From NCBI GenBank assembly GCA_040954595.2, contig CM082593.2, positions 3,737,434 to 3,801,433 on the forward strand: DNA of 64,000 nt. Direction: 5' to 3'. Source of the DNA: Balanoglossus misakiensis (lineage: Eukaryota > Animalia > Hemichordata). Below, piece by piece: positions 1 through 15,896 of the stretch (its first letter is position 1; every line of letters begins with the position of its first letter). The position numbers and the translations under genes are program-made. Under the pieces are notes generated by a model. The model saw nothing but the letters and a program-made list of their open reading frames with translations. It made no database searches and was not told the DNA's origin.

Positions 1-73
1 AAAAACTTACTTGGTACATGTTCATAACGATACACAGTGCAAATACAAAAGAGCAAGTGCAAAAGAAACTTAC

Positions 74-3000
74 TGCACACTGGTAAAGGTCCACTCCAGT
101 CATAAAAACTGTCAGTGACTTGCTGGCAAATTCGCAGTCCTGGACCAATCAGGAAGTAGTTTTCATCGCAGCTGTAGAGAACAGTGCTCTGGTAACCATA
201 GCTGCCTGTCTCACTCGATACCCAACTCCCGTTGTCTATATCTTCTGGAGTGCTACACGTGGCAGCTAAGTGAAAGAACCATCTAATTAGTCGATCGTGC
301 GCACGAACTTGTCATTGGTCAGAAGTTTATCACATGATCTCATTTGAATAAAGTCTACCTATTGGTCAAATGAACAATGACGCCTCATTGGTCAGAAGTT
401 TATCACTTGATTGAAATGCAACCTGTTATTGGCTGAAATGAAGCCCATGGTTCTAGTTCCGAGAGAAGCGTGAAATGGAGGACTTACCAATACACACTGG
501 AGGAGAGGCATCAAAGAATCCTTGGGCAAGACATGTCAGGGTATTTTCACCTAACACAAGGTATCCTGGAGTTGGTATGATAGTGATAGATGTACTGTAT
601 GGAATGACAATACCATTTTCTCTCTGGACAGCTTCTGGAGGATAATCTATGATGCATGGACTTGGTTCTTCTGGTAGTTCACACATCACAGCTGCAGATA
701 ATGTTCAAAATTTTAAAGAGAAAATACATATAAACATTTATTTTACTTTGGTTGGATTATTATAATGCAAGTGGCGCCAAAACTACAATTTTTCAAGTAT
801 ATACTTACACACGCATGTTCTTCCAATAATGTATGTGTCAAGGGCATTGAATCCAGTCTCTCCGACTGGTAAGTAATATCCATTTGTGCCGTTTTCCATA
901 TATAGAGTGTATCCAGTATCACATGAACAGGTGTAGTCACCTTCAGTGTTTACGCAGTTCTGGTTGCACAGGTTCAGAGATGGGTCTGAACACTCGTCAA
1001 TATCTGTTAAAGGGAATGTGAAATGCAATGAGGGGTGTACAAAACAGAGACTTGTCATTGCAGCGTTTGGAAGTTCGATACTGGTATAGCAGTCAAGTAT
1101 ATGTAGGGAGCCCTTTCGTTGGGTGCTTACCTTGACAAACAATTGGTACAAGTGGGTTGATTTCATAGCCTGTGTTGCAGAGACATTCAAACGAGCCAAT
1201 CAGATTGTGGCAAACTTGAGTGACATCGTCACAGTTGTCAGTACCTTCGATACATTCATCTTCGTCTGCAATATAGACATATATATATATTGTTGAGTCT
1301 TTTAACATTTAAAAAACAATATTGTTATCATTTATTTTGATTTGTGCTCTTGATTTCACTCACCCACGCATGACGTCACCACTTCTGGGTCCCACAGTGA
1401 CGCTCCTTCACACTTCGCCGTGGTAACCGCACCGCTGGATGGGAATGTGTAGCCATCTTTGCAGACTAGTGTCACAGTGTCATTGACCCTGTGTGGTCCC
1501 TCGGGTTGAAGCATTGTTGTTGTGCTGATCACAAACAACGGCACACACAACGCCCCTGCAGGACACAAGTAACACAAATACATGTACAACTTCAGTAATA
1601 TCATAAACAGGAAACATTTTACTATGAGAACCACTCCAGTTTGTCCTACATATCATTACCACCATGAGTATTACACGTAACACTTACTCTCACAGACGGG
1701 AGGCTCACTGGACCACTGCCGGTTGACTTCACACGTTGCTATGGTTGTGCCTACAGGTTGGAATCCCTCGTGGCAGCCATATTGGATAACACTTTGGTAC
1801 AGGAAGCCCGTCTCACTTCTAACATCCCAATTGGCGATAAAACCATTCAGTGGAGGGATGGGGTCATCACAAATGATCTCTGGTACAGAAATTGTGAAAT
1901 CAAAACATTAGATATGTATTGGTCAAATAGTCCAGATTGAGTTCAAAGACGAAAAACTCTAAAAAACTGACAATCTTTCAGATACTTACGTTGACAGTGA
2001 AGTGACCCTGGACCCCAGCTGCCATCACTTTGACACTGCATCTCAGCACTGCCTTGTAGCTCGTATCCCGACTGACACGCAAATTCAGAAACACCACCAA
2101 AGACTTGGCTTGTGATACTGACCAGAATACCGTTCTCGGGTACTGGTGGCTGTCCACAAGATATTGCTATGAGGAGAAACAACTTGGTTATCTTCAATGC
2201 TAAATCTGAGTGACTTATTAGAGGCAGTTTGTCTTTCCTCTACCATAATGGGGAAAAATAAAATTAACGATTTTCATAAAAGTACGAAGTCATCATCAAA
2301 CATTTCTTTATTGTATTTATCTTCAACACAGGTACATGTACTTACACGTACACTGTGGTGGCCCATCGAAACCACCAAAGTTCCAAACACTACAGAAACC
2401 ACAGCTGATGTTGGTGTGGCCAGGCTGGTCAAGTTCATAACCATCACCACAACTAAATTCCACTTCTGTTCCATATTGTCTTGATTGCGTACTCAGTACC
2501 ACTCCATCTGATATGTCAAATGCTGGACAATCTGAAAAAGTAAAACAAAACAAAAACACGTTATGATAGAATGCAATTTCTCTGAAGTGCAATGTTAATA
2601 ATTTTTCATCCCGTTCATAGAAATCAATACCATCATAGGGGTCAATAACAACTCTTGCCTACTGACCTTCTGAATATCTGGCCTGGAACCCCCTAGCTTT
2701 CTTGCTCTGGTCACTGTAGAACACCATGTAGATGTTGCCATCTTCAGATCGTAGTGGTGGGGGCAGCTCTGTTCCCTTCACACCACCATTGTGTTCAGTC
2801 AGGAGAACATTGGCATCCCTATCCATGCCGTCAAACATCTAACAAATCAGAAAATAAAACCATACTACTACATTTTGAGAAATCTTTACTGTGAAACGAC
2901 CTTCGCAAATCAAAGCAAGTACCAGCCATTTAAACCCTACATTGTCTGAGTTTTGTCAAAACAGCAACCACTTACACAGACGTGATCTGTTGGTCGTAAT

Positions 3001-6000
3001 TTGAAATCGTCAAAGACAACAGTGATTGGTTGATTGTCCGGATGTCTCATCTTCCACGAACATTCAACTTTGTGCTTGTAAGTGACTGCGGCTCCATATC
3101 CTGGACTTGTCACGATGCCACACTTTTCATTTAGTTCGATGTTGTCACAACCTGTGAGAAATGATAAAAAGTCATTTACAAACTGCTGAAGAACACTTTT
3201 GTAATAAGTGTTACAAAGAGGAGCTTAATTGAAGGAAAATGCGAGAGCAACAGTTATGTTTCACAATTTTGGTACATGTACCTCTCTTGTACGTGGCATT
3301 GAATCCTCTGAAGGTGTTCTCACTGTCTGAATTCAGTATCAGCCTCATGTGGTTGCCGTTGGTGATCAGGGTTCGCGGCAGCACTGACCCGGAGAACACA
3401 CCGAACAGTTTGTGTGTTATCCCTCTTGAGTTGTAAACTGCCAAAGTGTCATTTGGTTCCTCCAACTCAAAGTCTTTGAACTGTTCAAGAACAAAATAAT
3501 ACCAGACAGAAATGGGGTTAAAAACTTCTTGTAAGTTTGTGCTCACAAGATACATGTATTCTGTAGGACTCTGTAGTTTTGAAGTTTTGCAATAACTATT
3601 GGTGTATAATAACCTGTAGAGTGATGACGTCATTCCACTTTCTTTGGATATCCACATCCGGGTGGACACAAGTACCAGATGTTCCACCTTGACCTTGGCC
3701 TTGATTCCCACCTGGGTTGCCCCCAGGTCGCCCTGGATTATCATCATCATCACCATCATCTTCGCCATCTTGTCCATGCTGGATGCTAATAAGCCAGACG
3801 CAGGAAGTGCTTTCTGGATACGCCTCTTCTGTCTGATATCCCGGACTGTAAAGGTCCTGCTCGGTCCAATCAGCCCATAACCTTGACAGTGACGTACAAG
3901 CATGGTCGTCTAGCAAGGACATGCACACACAAAATTAATATCCATAAAAATCAAAGTTCAAAAAAACTTTGCTTTTCAAGGCGCATACTACCGGGGGGTA
4001 CCTTATGTACTAACTAGTTTTCTTTTATAGGATGAGTAAAACTTGAGATTTGCTGGCCAGCCTTAGTCGGTGTGATGCAGCTCAGGAACCATAATGATGG
4101 GAGAACTGTAAAGTTGAACTTACGAGCTTCCCAGTGTACTCTGAAACCTCTACCAGCAACAGTCTTGTCCGTGTCTAAGACAAACACTGCTCGATGATTG
4201 GGAAGTGTTATTGATCTCATATTGTTAGTGAGTGATCCAGTGTACCGACGTCGCCGTTTGGCCTCAGATATTATACCATCCTTGTAGACAAGAAGATAGT
4301 CATAGTTCTTCTCCAAATCAAGATCCTCCACCTGAAAAAATAGCATGAGGAGAAACTTTCTGTAATATCTTATAGTAATTAACTAAAGTTCATCAACTGA
4401 TTTTGGCAATTGTTTTCGTTTTTGTGATTCTCTTCTGAAACAGCCTTCCATTATCTAGAAGGTCTCTCATCAGTGTTCGGTCAGTCACTGATTTCACTTT
4501 CTCACTTAGGTTCCAAGCCAACAGTTTTTAGTTTTTGCTCAAAGCACACTCACCTGGAACCAGATCCGAGTTCCCATTGGTGCATACACCTGCCACACAC
4601 AGTAAGTTTGGTTTGGATACTCGTTCGGATAGTTTGGACTCTCAATAGTTCCAGACACTCCCTCGATTTTTACGTTACATGTATCTACAAGGAGTACCAT
4701 GAAAATCATATGTAATCATATGCAAATAGTGTGCAAATTATATGTTTCATCGTCATGAGTCTCATTTACCAATGTGGTTTGCCATAGTAACTTTACCTGG
4801 ACATCCTATTTCATCAGACATATCACTACACTCCGCATTTCCGCTGCATCGGCGGGACATGGGGATGCAAGTTCCATCAGCGCACCGGAAATCGTCTGTG
4901 AAAAAAGCGTTCAGACTTCCATTAAATCCAATTTTTTCTTTCATTTTTCAACTTATATAATTTACAAGGGATTTCTGAATAGCAGTTAAGTACAATTTCG
5001 ACAGACTGTAGAAATGTACAACCTACTTTCAAGACAGGCGGGCATCTCGCATGCATATGACATGGGTTGGGAACAGCTGCTAAGATACCAGTTGTGGCCT
5101 GGATTAACCCAGTTGATGCCAACACACTGGTCTTCTTCATCGTCTGCAAAGTCTGACCAGTAGCCTTCAAACACAGAAGCCTGTGATTCATCGGCCCATC
5201 TGTAGTTGTTGGAGGACCCATGAAATCCTGTGTAGTGTGAAGAAAAGGAATATTATAGATGTGTGAATATGTGGATTTATTACTATATGAGGTTTTCTGC
5301 TTTTTGATTTGTCAAAATAAATCCAAACAGTGAAACACCTCACAACTCCATCCATTGACTTTGAGGTGAGATGAGAAAGAGGTTATGCTATGGTTAGGAC
5401 AGGGGCAGGCTAAAAGTGCTGACACATAAAATTTTGCAAGGTTTTACAATATCTGTACTGTACTTCCATACACGATAATTGGCCAGGTGTAGTTTGAAAA
5501 AAAATGTTCAAACTTGAACACTGCACAATGCTTTGCATTATATATCCATGTACATATAGACTTCAAGGCTAAACACAAGCATGCCATAGATGTTTTCTTT
5601 TCTTCCTGCATTTAGAGTATAAACAATTCCAAACACACCACCTGAGCATTCAGTCACACCTTGAGGTTGCAGCTGTTTGTGGTCACTGACCTTTACCTGT
5701 ACTTCTAAACATTAGGGTGCGGTGGATTTGATGTTCAAACATGCACGTATAATGTTTCTGCGCTGTCTTATGGACATTCTGGGCGTTCCTTTTCAACTCT
5801 GAAACCGCTAACTTAATTAGCTGCCTGGTTAACCAACAAAGGAACCGTGTCGGCCAATAATAGGACAAGGCAAACACGGCTATCAACAGAAGTTTACACA
5901 TACTCTATCTGCTTCACACGTGAATGATTAAAAAAACGCTTGTTAAAAAATTAAGAACGGCCATGTCTTGTACAACAGATGCAGACAACTGCAATCACAA

Positions 6001-9000
6001 TATTTGACATAACAGCAACACCTAGAAACCAAAGTGGTTCTCTGACTTGGCACATATGCAGAAAACAGAAAAAACACAGTGGCTTAACTCACCAATCCAG
6101 AATAAATGGTCATCATCCTCTTGATCCAAACTATAGCTAGTGTTGTGTACAATACTGGCCACTAGTTTATTACGTGCATATCCTGCAATGTGAACCAGGT
6201 TTGCTCCATGTCTGAAGAAAATAAAAGAGAGAGCAGCTGATGATCTACCGGTACTTCATACCATAAAACAACAGTGAACTTAATCATCAGTAGACACATT
6301 AATTTTTGTCAGGATCCATAGATAGAAAACTATGATTGGCTTGCTGAACAGATGTACTAAACTGGTGTCCCATCAGAGCAATACTTACAAAATGCACATG
6401 TGAGACGCTTCGGGCCAGCTTGTTTCATAATGGTAGGATTGATAACATAATCTTCCGTGCCTTTCCCAGCCTGTAGGGCATATCCGATTCACTCGATTTC
6501 CACGAAATTCTGTGATTTGGTTGGAATTACCTTGCTGTAAAGGGTGACAAAACAAGAAAATGGTACATTAACTATACAGCAGTGATGTAGATAAGAGGCA
6601 GACACCATGTGATAAAAACAATATATGACTCGCGGACAATATCTTATGAGCTTGTTGCAAAATTGAGCAACCTGGTGAAGTGTATATGATAAATAATTTG
6701 GATGCAGGAACAATTCTTTCTTGGTGTATGTATACACGCCATTCATATTCTTGGGAAGCTGGGAAGCGTAAGTACAAAATTTCAGGCTGTAAAATGACTT
6801 CCAATTCTTCAGGCCCACGTATTTTATTTTGAGGGTCTTATTTATGCTAACTTTTTTTTGTTATTTGACACTATCTTTAAAGAGTTAAAGAGTTTTCAAC
6901 TGGATTGCGCGATATAAGTATATACGGCCTGTACGAAAGTATCTCGAACTTTGGAAGCTGCGTATGTTTTTTTTACTCCAAACAATAGTCATATTTGCAA
7001 CTGATCTGTGTTGTCAATGTGTGAATCTCGTGATTGACGCAAATCGTGGGTCTAATGTAGGCCGGGGTCAGTCAAGGCCTAAGAAGGCGAAAGAATAGTG
7101 GAGTTTAAAAAGCTCCAAGGAATTCACTAAAATCTCAGCTTTGTGTGTTGAAGCACCTTGTGGCTGGAGAATGACGTCTATTAGTGAGAGAGGTGGGTCA
7201 GTGTAATACTTGAGACTTGTCAATCAGGCTAGCTTTGAATAGAATCTTAAAAACATTTCACCATCAAAAACGTGTGAGTATTATTCAATTTGAAAAGCTC
7301 AGCTAGGTGCCTGTACTGGACAAGAGCAGCCACTGAAAACGGTCATGTTTACAAAACAGTCTCAGGCAAATTAACCCCTTTCCCTATATTTTAATTGATA
7401 AGCAAGTTCATTGTGTCGTAATAGACCGAGTTTTGGTTGTCACAGTAATTAACCATTCCAGTGCCAAGGTTAAACTATGAAAGATGCGTCTAGAAGTTTT
7501 GTTTAGCTTAGAGTATTATTTAGAAGACCCAGGGTTGAATAGAAGCTCATAAGCTTATAGCTTCTAGCTAAACATTCACATTTGATGAGCTAACCTCCGG
7601 CACAGTGGTAGAGTCAAGTTGATAAGTACTTTCAAGTGGAAGCTCTTGGAAAGAACGTACTTGTTCGACCTTCACGGTCCCATTATCATGATTATTGCTG
7701 GCGGAATATAGCCTTACATGCCAGACCCTGGGACCTGTGTCGTTGCTGTTTCCGTGACAGCTTTGTGGCTCATTTTTGTTATATTCCAAATGCAGATTCG
7801 ACCTCTGGCGAGTTAGACGGAGCGGGGTGCCGTAAGCTCACTCACCAAGTCAAACAACTGCAGGATGTAAAGTCACGTAAGGCCAGGCCAATAAGACGAT
7901 TACAGAAGAACTCTCACTCGTAATCCAGTAAACAAACCATTGGTAGACTATCATTGTGACAAGTGGTCTTTAAAACGATTCCCTGATCCACCAACATTAT
8001 GTCAAAAGTTTGCAGGGTTACAGCATTTCCCATGTCGACCGGTGACCGTCAACATTTTATACGAATCACGTCACAAGAGACTTTAACAACCATGTCCAGT
8101 GAAGTATTGTGATCTAATCTCTAAAAAGGAAGTTTTCTGTACATCGAGTCGTCTAAAGAATGCGAGATTCTAGCTAAGGGATCAGGTGAAAATGGAACTG
8201 CCCTTTTCCCATGCCCCTAAACCCATCTCGGGCTGCAAATGCCTATGGATGTCTGTGACAAAATGATTGCTGTGGTCTGCCAAGAAAAAGAAGACGAAAT
8301 CTACACCGCAAGTTACTTTGCATCTAAGTGATTCTGGCAATCCTTCCAATAGTCTACTTCACCGGTTCAAAAGCCCGGTCACCAATAAACCGATTATTCA
8401 TTTTGGTAAGTTTTTCACTCTCGTGTCTACAAGCGGTATAGAAATTGTGTGGTGTCGAACGTTGATTCACTATATATCCATGGTGTCTTGTATATCACAA
8501 ACAATTAATAGAAAAGGGACAGTGAGAGAGAGGCTTTGTCCCTTTAATAAATGTTGGAAGAGCGGTCCTTTGTTTTTATATCCGTCTCAAGAACACTAAA
8601 GTAAAACGGTTAAGTGTAGAACGGCATTGTTCCGTGTTTGGCGGCCGTCTCGAGTTTGTTTTATAGAACGGTTAGAAGTGAAGCGTAAGCCGATCGATTG
8701 TGTGGGTGTCTTGTCCTCCATAATTCAAGTCCAGCGAACAAGGGACGTTGTTTTTGTACAGTGTATTAAGATACAGTTGAACATGTTAGCCTTACCGGTC
8801 AATTAGCACGTATCTATAAGAGTTAGTTTACATTGTACCAAATCTGTCGTGTTAACAGTAAACTAATACAGTGACTTTCTTCGACCTGTGCGCTACCTTC
8901 CGGGTTCTCTTTGAATTACCCCATAAGAAACTTACACAGAGTTTTAAGAATTTAAATCCCTGCCAGGGTATATCAGTGTGATAACTAGAGGTAATAATTG

Positions 9001-9080
9001 GCAGGACTTACCGCTGAGACTGGACTGTGGGCGACCAGAAACGACAGAAGTATGAGGAAATGGAGTAACAACCAAGTCAT
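74..9080 (-). CDS. uif: Uninflatable (Uif)/SP1070-like multidomain cell-surface protein, 5' portion (continues beyond window start)
   Basis: Phase-compatible GT-AG exons on minus. 9080-9012 signal peptide ([23 protein letters not shown]). 6534-6389, 6211-6093, ~5227-5028 C-type lectin ([13 protein letters not shown]...FWIGF...YRWAD...WYLSSC...YACE). 4895-4797 LDLa ([30 protein letters not shown]). CUB1 4684-4554 + 4331-4124; CUB2 3909-3614 + 3480-3282; CUB3 3151-2976 + 2838-2667. CCP/sushi 2531-2346, 2166-1990, 1879-1688, 1555-1364. Ca-EGF 1265-1131, 1003-809 (DIDEC). CCP 691-488, 265-74. The CLECT-LDLa-CUBx3-CCP N-terminus matches the Uif family; orthology is inferred from domain order only. 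Confidence 0.85.
314..408. repeat. Short intronic direct repeat (cattggtcagaagtttatcac x2) with clustered ATTGG motifs
   Basis: Identical 21-mer at 314 and 387. Confidence 0.7.
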
Positions 9081-11873
9081 GGTTGACGAGACGGCGTGCA
9101 TGCACTTACATACACAGGTGGTGCTTTGAATACTATAAGTGGGGCACTGAGTTCAAATCAGGAAGGCAGCGGCGCAAACCTCTCCTGGCGTCGTTCACAC
9201 AACTGACAATTTGAAGGGCCTCGTACAAGTACCAGTAGTGGTCTCAGAATGAGCGGTATCCTGTCGCTGATGAACTGGTGTTCAGGGTCTCTGTCCGGCG
9301 ACGGGAGTCAAGAAATCCTGCTCCCCAGTGACACGTGAATTATTTCTGCACTATGACTGTGTTGTCCCGTTCTCACTTCATTGCATCGCCTTATTATGGT
9401 CTCTGAATGGCGGCAGACGGTGTCAACAACTCTTCGATGTCAGCGAATACACCTTCACAAATTATAGTCTGCAAGCATCCTTCGTGTAACACCACGCTTT
9501 CGAGGGCAGCCCTAAAGCAACCGAGTTGTACGTACAGACTATGGGCAGGAGTTACAACTTCTCGGTCGAGTTTCAGAATATTCAACTTGAATGGAAGCGT
9601 TTGTGTATAAGTGCCCCCTTTTACGAGGTGGGCTTGCCTTTATTGTGAATAAAGTCGGCGGTTGTTTACTCGGTGGCTCCACCCAAACCGATGACAATCG
9701 AACCGAGCGAGTACGTAGAAATGTCCCACAATGAGAGACCTTAAGAGTCTTGAATGCGATCCACCGGGCCGCTATAGTGTTCTTTTATCGTGCGGTCACC
9801 CTGTTTGCGCCCGAGGTCGTAACCTGCTCACAAGACGACAAAATGTGGCGATACTCGGGGTTTGAATACGTAAAAGCAAGCAACCAGCTGTCATGTTAGC
9901 GCGATGGTCCCCTTTGAGGCTTTTGCCCAATTGCTTGATAATTACGGCCCTTTCTACAACAACACCATCCACAATCTGGCATTATATCGTAGAGCGCAGA
10001 ACACAAAACCGACAAAGAGGAATATTTTTCGATTTAAACCATCGTTCAGCACTCCAATTTTGGAAAGAAAAACACTTTTCCATAGCGTCTTGTCTCCTCA
10101 TCGCGTTAAGCCCTGATTATACACCCTAAGAAAAAAACTTAGAAATAAAACTGTCAGAAATCGGTAGTTTCCAATAGGAGTGTATTAATGAAAGGAATCA
10201 GTGACTCGTTAAATAAAACTAGGTGAAATTTATTGTATGGAATTTGTGACGTTAAGCGTTTTGCGTCTTCGTTTGTCGCCTACTCACAAAGTGGCATTTA
10301 CAATTGAGCTGTTCGAAAACAGTTTTTATTGTACGACACAAACTACACCGAGCGGATCCAATTATCAAACGCTTGAGACGTCGCTCCGCGCGAACAATAA
10401 TACCAGGGAATATTTCTCATTATAGGTTTCCAGTCCGGTTGTTTTATTGTTTGTGGTCAAGACTCTTAAAATTGCATTGTAGTTTTCATGTTCACCAGCA
10501 GGTTTGATGTTCCGAAGTCTCGTTTACACGATGGAGATGTAATTTGTTTCCAGACGACGGTTCTTCAAAGATGATTTGTTTGAAACCAGCAGAATTAAAC
10601 TTATTTAAGTTCAGTAAATTAAATGAACAAATTTGAGTCAATACAGGGACTTGATCAGATCACGTAAAAACAAAAACACTATATAGAGGTCGAGTCCGGA
10701 TGAAACAGGTTTGATCACAATCTTCTGTACATTCCTTCACCTGGTCGTAAACAAATTTAATTTGAGGCGAAATGCTTTTGAAATAACAATGTCGGTTTTT
10801 CGGCGAGAACAGATTCATAAGTTCCTTTGCGGTTGAGTCTTTTATTTGCAACGAGTGTGTCATATACGGCCGCACGGTATTTTCATAGTCGGCCTATTAA
10901 GTGTGTGGTCATCCGTATCGATGAATGACCAGCAAAGGGCTTGTAGGCTTACAAGTAATTTGGACGGTTGAAATAACCCAGCCACTCTGTGACCAGTGCT
11001 TCGCGATTGAAATGGAATTCCACGCTGCATAGAGCATGAAAGATTGGCGTATAGAGTGAAGTTTTACCCCAAATTCAGCAAATATTTGTCCCCGCTGTGA
11101 GCATTTCATCCAGGTAAAATACAAGGCGCTTTGTGCAGCACAAAACATATAGCATCACACATGGAAATATCAATCACTTTAGAAACGCGTGGAGACCGCA
11201 TCACGGGTATACATGTCACTGTTCTGCTGCATCGGGAATGAACGAATCTCCGTCAGTTTACGACGTGCTCGAGCGAGAGAATCGGCTCGATTGATCGCAG
11301 CATAATATTTTTATGATCCCACGCGTGCACTTAATGGCGCCAGTCTCGTGCGCTCTCCCAGGTGCCGAGAACATAAACTGGAAAAATTCCGCGTATCTGT
11401 ACAAGACCAACAACAGTAATTGTCTGTCAATTCTAGCATAACTCGTATTGACATTCCCCATTTGTGCCAGCCCTGCTTAATCATGTACATTTACCAAGTA
11501 GGGGTTAAAGGGACACATACCCCTCTCGCATTTATATGCCACATGAGAAGTTACACATTTTGTTTTGTTTAAACATGTCAAAGTGCCAATCATCAAAACT
11601 TCCGCATTCTTTATGTATTGGTATAACCTTTGACCTCTGTAATGATATAATATTGCTATTTACCAGAACTTAATGTCATTAGGATATTTTATAAGTAAGC
11701 GTACCAGAGTTCTAAGTTGTGACCATGAGGATTTTCAGTGAGGCACCCACTGATATATACAGTAGTTAACTTTTACATTTTTTCCTCGGGATTTAAACTT
11801 TGCAATTTGATAAGAATAATCCAGTCCTGGTCACGGTATACGCCACGTACGGTAGATAAAGTTCGACTGTATA

Positions 11874-11968
11874 TGACGTCAGGAGCACGGCTTCATTTGC
11901 ATACACCCCAGCCTCCAAGCCTTAGCTTCAATGGACCATGGCAGTCGAATGACATTTTGCATATAAAA
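11874..11968 (+). promoter_or_regulatory. Putative core promoter of the hub-only gene: CRE palindrome TGACGTCA (11874-11881) and TATA box TATAAAA (11962-11968)
   Basis: TATAAAA lies about 72 nt upstream of the ATG at 12040, with a perfect CRE about 90 nt further up. Caveat: TGACGTCA is common across the whole window. Confidence 0.45.
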
Positions 11969-12039
11969 GCGTGTGCCATAAAAGGGACAACACAAAAAAA
12001 GTACAAGCTCTTGTGAAGATAGCCCTGTCTCGACCAGCT

Positions 12040-13255
12040 ATGGAGAAACACGTGATCCCCGAACCGAAGAGCGACGTAGGTGAGATTGTTTACACACTCC
12101 AAAGTTTCAATGGACACACACTTTCTCCTGTATACCCAGTCCATTTTACTCTACAGGTTAGGAACCCCCAAACACAACTGCACAGGTTTCACAATGTAAT
12201 CTCCATTATTACTGAATGGGCCCGGGGTCACGTGGCAGCTACATTGTATGCCGGTTCAAGGAAACTGTAAAAACACTGAGTAGATGCAATATTAACTCTA
12301 TTATTTGTTGCTTTTCTGGAAGCTCGAAAACAGGAAATTATTCAGCTGACGAAGACGATCATCGATGCGATCAGCCGGCGAGACTTCGAAGCATATAGGT
12401 AGGACGGTGACGTGTAGTTTAACGTACCGTAGAACAAAATGCATTGGTCAATTCAAGGACACAGAACTGACATAAACACAAAGGGAAAGTCGAAGGTTAA
12501 ATTTAACAAAAAGGGACAATTGATGAATTATATGTTTCATCTGACTGTACAATGAGACGTTGCGCAGTTTCATGTTAAATAACCTATAACTTTATATATT
12601 TTAATGAGTTTTACTTTTTGTCAGTAAAATGGTGGATTCGAACCTGTCTTGCTTTGAGCCGCCGACCATGGGCAATCTCGTCGAAGGGTTGGAATTTCAC
12701 AAATTCTATTTGGACAATCGTAAGTGAAATTCTGGCTTCACTATGAACATGTTCCTGCATGAGGCCGTATAGTGCTATTTACAGATAAACTTGAATGTGT
12801 AGTTCAATACATGTATTTAAATATTAGAGGAAAAGACCAATTTAATAATAGCAATTAGTAATAATTTTGTCTGCTTTTAGTTTCACAGGATCCGTCGCTT
12901 TTGACAACCATTGTGAATCCACGCGTTCACTTGTTAGCTGAAGACATCGCCTGTATTGCGTATGTAAGACTGCGACAGTCTATGAAGGGGTAGGTCTTCT
13001 CTCAGGATAGTGGTTTAACCCCAATTTTTATCTCAATTTAAGAGAGAATAATTTGAAGGAGAAAAGGTTGAAGACTGCAACAGACCACATTACATTTTTT
13101 GACACTTTTGGACGCTACTTGACAGGGACACTGACAGCTTCTTTTTACTCCATGCCAGCAGACCCGATTCTCCCCAATCCTCAAGAACACTGGAAACTCG
13201 CGTGTGGGCGAAGAAAGATGGGCAATGGCGAATGGTTCATCTGCACACGTCTTAG
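12040..13255 (+). CDS. Stand-alone CaMKII association (hub) domain protein, 138 aa, no kinase domain
   Basis: Exons 12040-12079, 12323-12398, 12625-12719, 12881-12989, 13159-13255 (417 nt, all GT-AG, phases consistent). Translation: MEKHVIPEPKSDVARKQEIIQLTKTIIDAISRRDFEAYSKMVDSNLSCFEPPTMGNLVEGLEFHKFYLDNLSQDPSLLTTIVNPRVHLLAEDIACIAYVRLRQSMKGRPDSPQSSRTLETRVWAKKDGQWRMVHLHTS*. This is colinear with the CaMKII hub motifs ARKQEII, FEPEALGNLVEG.DFH.FY, TTILNPH.HL, ACIAY.R and ETRVW....GKW..VH.H.S. AATAAA at 13418 and 13453. Confidence 0.9.
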
Positions 13256-13843
13256 TTGAATATCTCCATATATCAGTGACCATGCTGAGCAAGAGCTATG
13301 TTTCTGTACCACAGAATTTGACTAATTTAATTAATTGTTAATATGCCATTAAATAGTCTCATGATTATTACAACATGGTATACTGGAATACTGACAACTA
13401 TCTGTTTCATCACCATTAATAAAAAGTATCAAATTGTATGATTATTTTGTGCAATAAATAAAAATGTTACGGACACCTGACATTGACTTCATTGTGTTTA
13501 TTGTTGCTGTGGCAATCGCTAATTTCCCCCTTTATATTAGTCATCTTATCTTAACATATCGAACCATATCAAAATTTTAAAACCTACATGTCTAAAAATG
13601 ATAACCAAGCAGAGGATTTATAGTCAAAGGCCCATTGGTCGTTGGCTGAACAAACAACGTCACCGAGGAGGCCATGTTGACTGAAGTGATGCTGGCGCTA
13701 GCGTATTCATGAGAATGAAATGCTGGTACCGCCATTAAACATGCAACGGTTACTAGTTGAGTGACTGTCACTGCCAGCATCATCTGAGCTCCAGACCTCT
13801 GTTGGAGTGGACGTCATTCTCGTGCAGTAAGCACTACCGATAG

Positions 13844-15896
<2,053 letters not shown>

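Noticed and set aside
4420-4500. Possible minus-strand hammerhead ribozyme (CTGATGA followed by a stem)
   Set aside because: The required GAAA after stem II and a stem III/cleavage triplet are not present.
9200-11900. Kinase-domain exons upstream of the CaMKII hub exons
   Set aside because: No GxGxxG, HRDLKPEN, DFG or APE motifs found in the ORF track or by reading; short exons could have been missed.
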